Of a stretch of 64,000 nt of DNA, positions 55,391 through 64,000 are shown piece by piece. The stretch is from Meyerozyma guilliermondii (lineage: Eukaryota): positions 992,001-1,056,000 of the forward strand of contig CP128815.1 of the NCBI GenBank assembly GCA_051546255.1. The letters are read 5' to 3'. The notes under the pieces were generated by a model. That model saw only the letters and a program-made list of their open reading frames with translations, did not search any database and was not told the DNA's origin. Position numbers and translations under genes: made by a program. Positions within the stretch are counted from its first letter, which is position 1; every line of letters starts with the position of its first letter.

Positions 55391-57109
55391 CTATTGTAGC
55401 ATCCAACTAAAGTTTTGCGTCCACTTTAGCTTGAGACTAGACTCCATGGTCGAGCTTTCAATATAACTAAAGATGCGATTCAAGTTCGTATTGGCCTTGA
55501 GAACCATTTCCGGGGTGTTGGCGTTGATTCGCTTATTAATGTACTCTTTGACGAGGTATATCGCGAGCCCTTGTTCGTTGGGAAGCACCAATTTCGGGAT
55601 GATGTCAGCAGTAATAGCTTGTTCCACACCATAATCCGAAACTTCGGGGACCCCGAGTGAATCGAACAAGTTATACTCATTACTGAATACTTGACCATAT
55701 TCCAAATCCTCGGTTTCTTCTTCGGGATTTTGAGCTAGATGCTCAGTTCTTATCAAGTACCAAATTAGTTCTCGAAGTTTACGAGCATCCAGTTTGCTTT
55801 CCACGAATGGGTCGATATCCATTTGGAAAGTGGAATTTGAATAGTCCAAATCTTTGTAAAAAGACTTCAAGAACAAGAGTTCACCAGTAGTGAGGTCTGA
55901 ACCCTGCTTTTCATTGCCAGTTTCGGATTTTGATTTTAAATGATTGTCTTCGACCAACTTGTGGAGAAAGTATTTGAGCATGGTGATCGATTGCACCGTG
56001 GTGACGAACACAACGGTTCGAAGTCTTTGGCTTTGTATTTGGGGTAATGTTTGGTATTTTGTTATTATGTGATAGAAAATGTTAATTTGTCCATCAATAA
56101 GTCCACTTATGTTTTCGACATGTAAACGATTCTGAATTCGTAGTAATGCACGGAGGAGGACTAATGCAATGCTTATGAGTATCAACTCGTGCTGGGTCAA
56201 ATTATCTGTGGAAAACACTTCGAACTGAATTCGAGACCACCGACTAGATTGTTCATTGAGTAACTCTGAGATATCCGACACCTCGTCTCTGATGGAACAT
56301 CGATAAAGGCATCTCAAGAGAAATTCATTATCATAAATGTCATTTTCCACCGACAGAGCGTCAAGGCAATAGCGGGTGATTATCAGTTTCCATGCATTGA
56401 GGCCATTAAGAAGATCCAAAAGCCAATAAAACTTTTGTTCATGGATGAGCGACACCAATTCGCAAGCATCTATATCATCCTTGGGCACTCCCGAATTTGG
56501 AGGTGCAGCCTCAGAAACGAGAGTTTGACTTGACTGGGTCAAATTGAGTTGTTCGTCAGACAAAAAATCTTTTAGCTTGACATTTTCATAAACTGGATTT
56601 TGGTCTTGGAGCGACGTAATCACCGGGTTTGCGGCCATACTTGGGCGTCGATATAGATCGAGGGTCGATACACCGGAAGCTGACCACAAGGATTTTTCAT
56701 GTTCATAAGAAGGTGATTTGTTGGTGGTGGAGGAAGATGGAATCGAACTGTTAATATCACGTTCGTACTGGCGGTCGGACTCCCGAAGTTCCTCGTGAGT
56801 ATGAAGATGCATGTAGGGTTCATAGGGAGAAATGCCATTATTGTAGAGTGAAGCAATAGTTATAGATTGATCGAGCAATCTATAGGAGCTTGGTGGATTA
56901 TGGGACTCTGGAGCGGTGGTGGTTGGGGAATATATCGAATATTGGGTGAAATTCAATCGAATACCTCTGTAGCACTTTCTTTTCGAACGTTGGCAGTTCT
57001 TGCATACCGGCTGCTGCTCGTCACATTTCATATGTCGGTCTCTGCAGGTGAGACAGCCGGATCTGGTTCTGCTGTGCTTGACAGAGGGGTCGAGCTTTTT
57101 TTTGGCCAT
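55391..57109 (-). CDS. Zn(II)2Cys6 transcription factor
   Basis: RTRSGCLTCRDRHMKCDEQQPVCKNCQRSKRKC. First ATG at 57109. Confidence 0.92.
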   Translation of the reverse strand: MAKKKLDPSVKHSRTRSGCLTCRDRHMKCDEQQPVCKNCQRSKRKCYRGIRLNFTQYSIYSPTTTAPESHNPPSSYRLLDQSITIASLYNNGISPYEPYMHLHTHEELRESDRQYERDINSSIPSSSTTNKSPSYEHEKSLWSASGVSTLDLYRRPSMAANPVITSLQDQNPVYENVKLKDFLSDEQLNLTQSSQTLVSEAAPPNSGVPKDDIDACELVSLIHEQKFYWLLDLLNGLNAWKLIITRYCLDALSVENDIYDNEFLLRCLYRCSIRDEVSDISELLNEQSSRWSRIQFEVFSTDNLTQHELILISIALVLLRALLRIQNRLHVENISGLIDGQINIFYHIITKYQTLPQIQSQRLRTVVFVTTVQSITMLKYFLHKLVEDNHLKSKSETGNEKQGSDLTTGELLFLKSFYKDLDYSNSTFQMDIDPFVESKLDARKLRELIWYLIRTEHLAQNPEEETEDLEYGQVFSNEYNLFDSLGVPEVSDYGVEQAITADIIPKLVLPNEQGLAIYLVKEYINKRINANTPEMVLKANTNLNRIFSYIESSTMESSLKLKWTQNFSWMLQ

Positions 57110-58955
57110 TTGGCTGCTGGTAGTGGCGTATGTGGTATGGTTATGGTGCGAGGTTAAAACAACAATCGATTGCACTGGATACAATTGACGTGGCGACAAT
57201 TGCTAAAAATGTCACGCCTACCAGTTGATGCCGTCTGCAATATGTGCGCCGCGGTTAAAGGTGTTCGGGGAGGTAGCGGGGATAATTTGGCCTGCACTGT
57301 AGCGTGGTTTACAGGATTATTATTACAACACACAAGAAGATGTGCAGCAAAGTTATGCGAGTTGATGTAGATCAACGGTGGAAACCGGGGACGAACGGCG
57401 ACAAACGGCGGTGGCAACCCGAATGAGGATCGATTGGTATAGGATTCTATGCAATAAAATGTTGCAATTGACGCGCCAATGTTGATACCGGTGATGATTG
57501 GTCGACGCCTCGATGATGGGAAGGTTGTTGGGGAGTGGTGTTTAGATGCCGTGATGCGGTGCCAATCAGCGACGGGTTTGTTTGGATTCAGAACGGCTGG
57601 ATTCTTGAGATAACTAAGCAATGCATCAAGGCGGTTAATTGGCTCAGTGATAGCCAAATGATAGTGAAACGATAGTCAAGTAATAGTGACAATCGATTGA
57701 CACTTTAATGACAATTATTTCCGTTGAAAATCAAGCTGGGAATTACAGCGGTAAAATACAAGTCGTAACAGAGTACTACTTAATATAAATTTCGCTCGCG
57801 TTACCGGGGCCAAAAATGGAGCGAGGAAAAACAAGCAATATTCGCAAGTTGAGGGAAAAAAAAATTCTTACATTAATGTCAAACCGTAGCACTGTATTCA
57901 GCAATTGTGCAGTGCATACGAAGATGGTTATCAAGACGCGAATAACAATGCATTAAAAACCTAAGAAAATACTGTCGCGGCACCGTGACCAGAAATTTCT
58001 ATGTGGTAGAGTATGATAGTTTCTAGGTTTCTGTTGGAAGCTATCCATGGCCTCCAATTGATTTTCTTGTGGGCGCTGCAACATTTTCGCATCCACAAGA
58101 GGGAAATGCACCATCAGGGCTATGTATGATATTCCCAAAGTAGTAAATAATAAATTAACCGCCTGCCTAATTCGGTGCCAACCTGCATGAATTCCCACGT
58201 AAATTCTGCATCATGTAACACAGGGGCCGCACATGACGCCGCGCCAACTGCCACTAACGGAGTGGGCCCCTTACGGCAAACAATATGTAATGCTGGGCCG
58301 AGGCGGGATGCACCATCCGTGACGGCATAGACACAACGGCTCAAACAATAATAAGCCAGTTTCATTATGCAATTGGTCTCCGTGACGTAGAAGAAAGAAA
58401 AACGAAACAAAGAAAAAAAAATTAGAAAACAAAACAGAATGAAGTCGATTTAACGCGGATGGTGCACGCGGATTGTGGATTATTAAGCGTTCCGTTACCT
58501 GTCAAATCAAATTACAAAATGCCAACTAGCCTGGCGTTCACTCTTCACCTTAGTCAACTTGTCGACTAAGTCAACTTAGTCGTCTCGTCGCCGCCTCGGC
58601 CTCATCTTACTCCCGTTTTGCAGTCGCTGCCCTTTGCGGCCGGCCCGCGCGGCATGTGACATCGGCCGTTGGCCCCTGGTTACCCGCCACCGGCCCCAAC
58701 GGCTTCCCCTCCTCATCCCCCAGTCCGCCCCTTCATGTGACACAAAGCAGATCTTATCTCTTGGGCGGCCAAGCGAGCGGCGCACGCACGCACCATCTCC
58801 AACTGGATCGAATTGTTCGTGTGGCGTAGATTTGAGACAGGGTTCTATTTTGAGCCTCCTTCTTTCCTTGTTCTCTGCACGCCGGGAAGCAAATTGGATA
58901 GGAGGTTCCTTTGTCAATCTCGTTAATTTTGATTTCGCAGGGCCACACTTGAAGA

Positions 58956-60143
58956 ATGCCAGGTTTCAATCCAAATGCTCCCCTGTTTCTGCCGTCTACG
59001 TCATCTTCTTCCACTATTGAACTAAGGGTTTCTGGTGATAACTTGACTCCGGACTCGTTGGTTCAACGCGTCAACTTAGCCATTGCCACTCACTTGGCAA
59101 ACTTGAATCCGTCGTTAACCATCTTGCTGCAAATCCGCCCCGATCCACAATCTTCCGATCTCATAGCGGTATTTTTAGCGTCGTCATACATTGTGGCTTC
59201 TCGAGCAGTGGCGCTTTTCAATTCGTTACCAAGCCCACTTCCTTGGTCCGTGGAAGCTCTGTTGATCAACCACAATATAGAACCTCTGATGCCATTCTAC
59301 TTTCCTTACCCATACCCGTTTTTTTATCCTCCACCAGATCCCAGCATTAAACCAGTACCTTCATTCATCACCAATCTCGTGGCGGGAAACAAATCCGATG
59401 TGTCTTTAATAACCATAACCGATGATGAAGGTGCAGAAATTCAGGTGAATCCGTGCCGATTGTTTGTTGGTAACATCCCATTTCTGTCCACATGGCCATC
59501 GCTCAAAAACTTTCTTGTGGCTTCAGTTTTCGCTGCTGAACCGCACGCCTCTCTCGATATCTTCAGGGTGGAAATTCCCATGCAAACATCGTCTTCGACA
59601 GACGAAATGCTGCTGCGTGGTTCCAGTCGCGGATTTGCAATCGTCACCACGGGCAATCAAGAAACCTCGGAATTGCTCATCAAACTCACCAACGATACCG
59701 TTTTCGAGGGAAGATCACTTACGGTTCGCTACGACCGATTTCCCGACTATAACAACTACGTCGTACAAAACTTGTTTCGAAATAAGCATCATCGCTCTCC
59801 AAATATGCTCGGCAATTTGGGTTACGAACGCAATACCATCCACCATCGTCTCTACTATGGCTCGCACACCAGCCCCTACAGCATGCAACCGCCAAGCCAA
59901 TCACAGAGCCACTCTTCAAGCCAGTTATCAACACAACCGTCTACGGTGGATTCCTTGCTGGACACCCCAACTCCCCCGAAGCTTAAACCCAAGCCATCAT
60001 TGGCTGCAAATTCGCCGAAAAAAACCACAAGGAACCACCACAAACCGTCGAAACCACGGGCGCGGGCGCCCCACGATGATATTGGAGAGGAGCAGCGTGC
60101 TCGCGAGTTGGTAGACTCGTTTCGTTCTTTAGGATTGCATTAA
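58956..60143 (+). CDS. RRM-domain RNA-binding protein, uncharacterised
   Basis: RNP2 RLFVGNIP, RNP1 SRGFAIV and FEGRSLTVRYD. The N-terminal peptide is PAM2-like. Confidence 0.8.
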   Translation: MPGFNPNAPLFLPSTSSSSTIELRVSGDNLTPDSLVQRVNLAIATHLANLNPSLTILLQIRPDPQSSDLIAVFLASSYIVASRAVALFNSLPSPLPWSVEALLINHNIEPLMPFYFPYPYPFFYPPPDPSIKPVPSFITNLVAGNKSDVSLITITDDEGAEIQVNPCRLFVGNIPFLSTWPSLKNFLVASVFAAEPHASLDIFRVEIPMQTSSSTDEMLLRGSSRGFAIVTTGNQETSELLIKLTNDTVFEGRSLTVRYDRFPDYNNYVVQNLFRNKHHRSPNMLGNLGYERNTIHHRLYYGSHTSPYSMQPPSQSQSHSSSQLSTQPSTVDSLLDTPTPPKLKPKPSLAANSPKKTTRNHHKPSKPRARAPHDDIGEEQRARELVDSFRSLGLH

Positions 60144-60254
60144 TATATGTTGCTACATTTTCTCTACTGTCCTTGGGATCCTAACACCCGGTCGTGTGGT
60201 GCGATCGCACCAAAAATCGATAAAGGATTACCGCATTACTAAAGTTGTCCAACG

Positions 60255-61586
60255 ATGGCTTCCGATCCCCTCGAAGAAGATAAAAACTCGTCTGCGGGCT
60301 CAGCGGAACCCCAGAAACCCCATGATAAGCGTAGTGCCTCAATTTCGTCAGAAAATGTTGATTCCACTGATCAAATTCCTCCTTCCGTTTTGGCCATTTC
60401 CAACTTACGGTGTCCATCTCCTCCACCAATTCTTAATACCTCCAACCGTCCTAGCTTGCGGACTCCGCTGGGCTCACAGGCTGCCTCGCCAAGCCTCCTG
60501 GCTACAACTAGAGAAACTGTTCCTGCTGGAGGCGCTGTGCTCAAACGGAAGGAAACAGAAACGAAAAAAGAACCGGTTGCTTTTGTCACTGGTGGATCAC
60601 AGGCTCCTTCTAACGAGTCCACTTCATCAATCAACCATATCTTGAATCCCCCTGAATCATCCGCTCATCACAAATCTCCTTCTGTCCATGCCCATTTCTA
60701 CGTTGATGAAACCATGCGGCCAGGAAAGGTAATTCGTTCTCGCTCAGGATCAACTAACAGTCCTGAAAGACTGAGTGCAACCTCCCCCTTGGGTTCGACC
60801 ACAGCACCCGTTCAATCCTCTATAGACAAACTCGCAGAAACATCCACCACGCTCTCTCCTCCTCCAACAGAGCAAAATGCAAATATAGATCCACGACTTC
60901 CACAAGAAGATGGTAAGCTCCATATTCTCATTGGAGTGTGTGGTGCTTTGTCCACCATAAAGGTCAAGCTCATAATCCTGAAGTTATACGAGATCTACAC
61001 CCCCAACAAAATATCTATTCAGCTAATTCTCACCAAATCAAGTGAGAACTTTCTTCCACAAGAAGTGCAAAATTATCTAGAGAACACCAAGAAAATCCGC
61101 ATTTGGAGAGACGAAGATGAGTGGACCACATGGAAAACTCGACTGGACCCAGTCTTGCACATCGAGCTTCGCAGGTGGGCTGATATCTTGGTGGTTTGTC
61201 CACTCACCGCCAATACTCTTTCAAAGATATCCATGGGGTTGTGTGACAATTTGCTCACCAATGTTGTCCGCGCCTGGAATACATCATTCCCTATATTACT
61301 AGCTCCAGCGATGGTCAGTTACTCGTACAATGCCATCACCACAAAGCGACAATTAAAGTTGATTGCTGAGGAAATGCCGTGGATAGAGATCTTGAAACCT
61401 GTGGAGAAAGTTGTTGGAAGTTATGGTGATATTGGTATGGGAGGTATGATGGACTGGAATGAGGTCGTTAATAAGATTGTGATGAAACTCGGAGGATATC
61501 CTGAAGAAGAGGAGGAAGAAGAAACTGCCGATGCCAATGGAAGTGTCATTGTAGACGACGATGATGATGATGATGACGACGATGAT

Positions 61587-61618
<32 letters not shown>

Positions 61619-61730
61619 TGACGATGACGATGCAGACGAAACGGGAAGTTCCAGTGAGGAACAAAAAACTTCAAGTGGTTCGCATCCAGACTTGTCTGAC
61701 AAAGTTGGCCTGCTAAAGTTGGGGAGCTAG
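60255..61730 (+). CDS. HAL3: Hal3/Sis2-type PPC-decarboxylase subunit and Ppz1 inhibitor
   Basis: PVLHIELRRWAD, PLTANTL.K, PAMV in place of PAMN, GSYGDIG lacking the catalytic Cys, and an acidic tail. Confidence 0.88.
61554..61631 (+). repeat. (GAY)26 coding repeat (poly-Asp) in HAL3
   Basis: Read directly from the sequence. Confidence 0.9.
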
Positions 61731-61776
61731 TGGGTTACAAGTCGCTACATTGTATAATAGGGTATAGTATAATACA

Positions 61777-64000
61777 CTAGGAAAGACTATTTAAGAGTCG
61801 TATGCGTTGGTCTCTCCATGATTGATAATCATCACTCATTAAAAATGAACTTTCATTTGAAACTTCACTGTGTCTCTTGCCGGAAAAATGATCGACTTCC
61901 TTTTTCATCGTTGTCAGTTCATTCTCTTTACCTTCAGGGTTTATGGTTGCTGTTGTTCTGCTGATAGGAGACAGCGTTAATTTATCGCCTTGACTCATTT
62001 TTTCTGTATTCGCTATGCCTGATTGTTGAAGCGGTGACAAGCGAACAGTGCTTTGACTGATACAGCTTTCTTCAGGCTTCAACGGTGAGTTCAATGGTTG
62101 CAACTGATTGTAATTTCTTGAGAGGCTAGGTATTTGTGCCCCAGATGTGTAGTTCAACGAGTTCAGTGAAGTAGGACTATCGAGGTTATTAGACATGTCA
62201 CTGAAGCTGCTCATGCTGTTAACTGCGCTGGTTAAACGGCTGTTAATTACGCTGTTCCGGGAAAATTTGGGAGCCCTTTTGGTGGGTTTTTTAATTCCTG
62301 TTCGCTTAGGTGGAGAAATCTCAGCCGGTTTTAATATTCGCTGTGGGCTCCTTGAGCTCAAGCCTTTAGCTGGTGATTGGCGATTAATTGCAGCTCTTTT
62401 GGGCGAGTAAGAAAGGGGTCGACTAGGCGAATGGGAGTTTCTGCTCTTGTCCGACTTCTTGTTAACGTATTCCGACTCTAGCATTATCACCATCTCAAAG
62501 AAATCCTCACCATATGCTTGGAGAGGTTTTTTGCCCTGGCTCAATTGACTGTCATTATACTTGATGACTTCGGACTTCAAGCTATTGATCAAACGAGGCA
62601 TGTTTTTGATCAACTTTTTTCTAATTTTTTCCTCGTTAAGTAATATCTTGCATGAATTCTTGCTCAATAGTCTGGAGGAATCTTTCGAAGATTCAGTCAA
62701 AAATTGTTGGTCTTTTGCAAGCTCTTGCACTTGTTCATAGATCTGAAGTATTGGTTTCCTTGCCTCAAACTCTTGTTTCAAAGCCGAAAGCTCGACTTCA
62801 TGACTATTGAGTATTTCTTCTTTGTCCTCGTCGCTGGTCTCTGCGTCATAATTAAAGTATTTGAAACTTTGTCTCATTTCGGTTGAGTATAGCATATCGT
62901 TCCATAACTTTTCTATCTCAGATCTCGCTCTCTTAATGAAATCGTCCACGTATTCAGAGCGCTTCAAGTATAGTCTGTTTAGCTCCATCTTGAAATTGAC
63001 CAAAGAGGTTTCGCTCAAGTCGTTGTTTGAACTCAAAAAGTTATTGATATATGACTCGGATTCGTCAAGGCGCTCCCAGAGCATGGTACAGGTTTTGAGG
63101 TAGTGGTTCTTCCTCCTTTGCTTTGATTCGTGTAGACGTTCAAGAGTACTCACGAATTTCTCGACGAACTGAAGATGACCATCGTGAAGTCCAAATTCGG
63201 TGGGATTGTGCTGTATAAACTGAAGGGTCTCAACATCAAAGTAACCTTCCGAAGCTGCAGAAGAACCATTCCCATTTTTGATTTCGTTCATTGCATCAAA
63301 GTTCTTCTGAATGAGCTGCAACTGCTTTTCATTGAGCAGTAAATTGCCTATCAAAGTCAAACATTTCGAGATCATTTCACTCATTTGATTTTTTCGCTCA
63401 CCCATTGCTGCAGCATAAGAGTTGATTATTTTCTGCAATCTACCGAACAATTCGGTGCTCATTTTCGTTATTCTGAGACATCGAATAACTCTGATGAGCT
63501 TGTAGTTGACGTCTCTGAGTTCCTCAATAGTATCGCTTGACGGCGAAATCTGTGATTGCGGTTCTTTGACTTGATTCTTTCTCGGACTAGAAACAATAAA
63601 CTGAGTAGAGTCATTCATATTCCCCTTCCCATGCTTCGATTCTTTGAAACTACTCATTACCTCTTCAAATTCGTGAATGAGTTTAGCATGCTCTTCCGAT
63701 TCCTGACGATTTGGTAGAGTCTTGAGCAATGAGGAGTCTTCTAAGTTTGTAATATTTCCCACGGTATCATAAATGTCCAAGAATGCAAGATTGAGATCGG
63801 TAAGTTTGCGAAATGGTTTCATGAAACTTTGTAAAACCTGGAGAAATATTCGGTTCAAGTTGGATTTTAACTGAAGCAAGGAGAGCCGTGGAATGCTTTT
63901 TGTCATGTACTCATATTGGTTGGCGATGGTTGGTGAGCTCTCTTCTTCTGGAATGTATGGCGAGGTAAGATTGAATGGAGATGTTGCGTAGAACCGCTGT
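61777..64000 (-). CDS. ASE1: Spindle midzone microtubule bundler (PRC1/MAP65 family), 5'-truncated by the window
   Basis: I...R.EI..LW..M.YS and SSKDSSRLL......LL.EEK.RK....MP. The frame is open to the window end. Confidence 0.85.
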   Translation of the reverse strand, partial: QRFYATSPFNLTSPYIPEEESSPTIANQYEYMTKSIPRLSLLQLKSNLNRIFLQVLQSFMKPFRKLTDLNLAFLDIYDTVGNITNLEDSSLLKTLPNRQESEEHAKLIHEFEEVMSSFKESKHGKGNMNDSTQFIVSSPRKNQVKEPQSQISPSSDTIEELRDVNYKLIRVIRCLRITKMSTELFGRLQKIINSYAAAMGERKNQMSEMISKCLTLIGNLLLNEKQLQLIQKNFDAMNEIKNGNGSSAASEGYFDVETLQFIQHNPTEFGLHDGHLQFVEKFVSTLERLHESKQRRKNHYLKTCTMLWERLDESESYINNFLSSNNDLSETSLVNFKMELNRLYLKRSEYVDDFIKRARSEIEKLWNDMLYSTEMRQSFKYFNYDAETSDEDKEEILNSHEVELSALKQEFEARKPILQIYEQVQELAKDQQFLTESSKDSSRLLSKNSCKILLNEEKIRKKLIKNMPRLINSLKSEVIKYNDSQLSQGKKPLQAYGEDFFEMVIMLESEYVNKKSDKSRNSHSPSRPLSYSPKRAAINRQSPAKGLSSRSPQRILKPAEISPPKRTGIKKPTKRAPKFSRNSVINSRLTSAVNSMSSFSDMSNNLDSPTSLNSLNYTSGAQIPSLSRNYNQLQPLNSPLKPEESCISQSTVRLSPLQQSGIANTEKMSQGDKLTLSPISRTTATINPEGKENELTTMKKEVDHFSGKRHSEVSNESSFLMSDDYQSWRDQRIRLLNSLS

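Noticed and set aside
57154..57657. 167-aa minus-strand ORF and other ORFs in the divergent control region (58576-59020)
   Set aside because: Mostly non-ATG starts or by-products of GC-rich sequence, with no protein-like features.

Overview
Gene-dense eukaryotic DNA from a budding yeast of the CUG-Ser (CTG) clade. The evidence is CTG codons at positions where homologues have Ser or another small residue, a retained complex I subunit, and short introns with GTA(A/T)GT...NACTAAC..CAG signals. The species cannot be fixed from the sequence. I can support about 34 protein-coding genes. Two run off the window edges (NDUFA9-like at left, ASE1 at right) and three are spliced (VMA1, NPL4, EF-1gamma). 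Two RNA genes are absent from the ORF track: U6 snRNA on the minus strand (about 38586-38690, with TATA, A box and a downstream B box) and a box C/D snoRNA (snR38 orthologue) that almost fills the 103-nt EF-1gamma intron. I saw no transposon, tRNA, rRNA, CRISPR array or intein. Most content is conserved housekeeping genes, and I cannot demonstrate a new multi-gene system. The best leads are the very tight snoRNA/branch-site geometry, a variant U6 catalytic stem-loop, a recurrent 12-mer (ATTTGCAGCCAA), a triple repeat upstream of RPL41, an orphan ORF inside an ancient syntenic block, and an uncharacterised PAM2-like/RRM gene behind a GC-rich palindromic leader. Gene names come from recalled protein motifs, not database searches.
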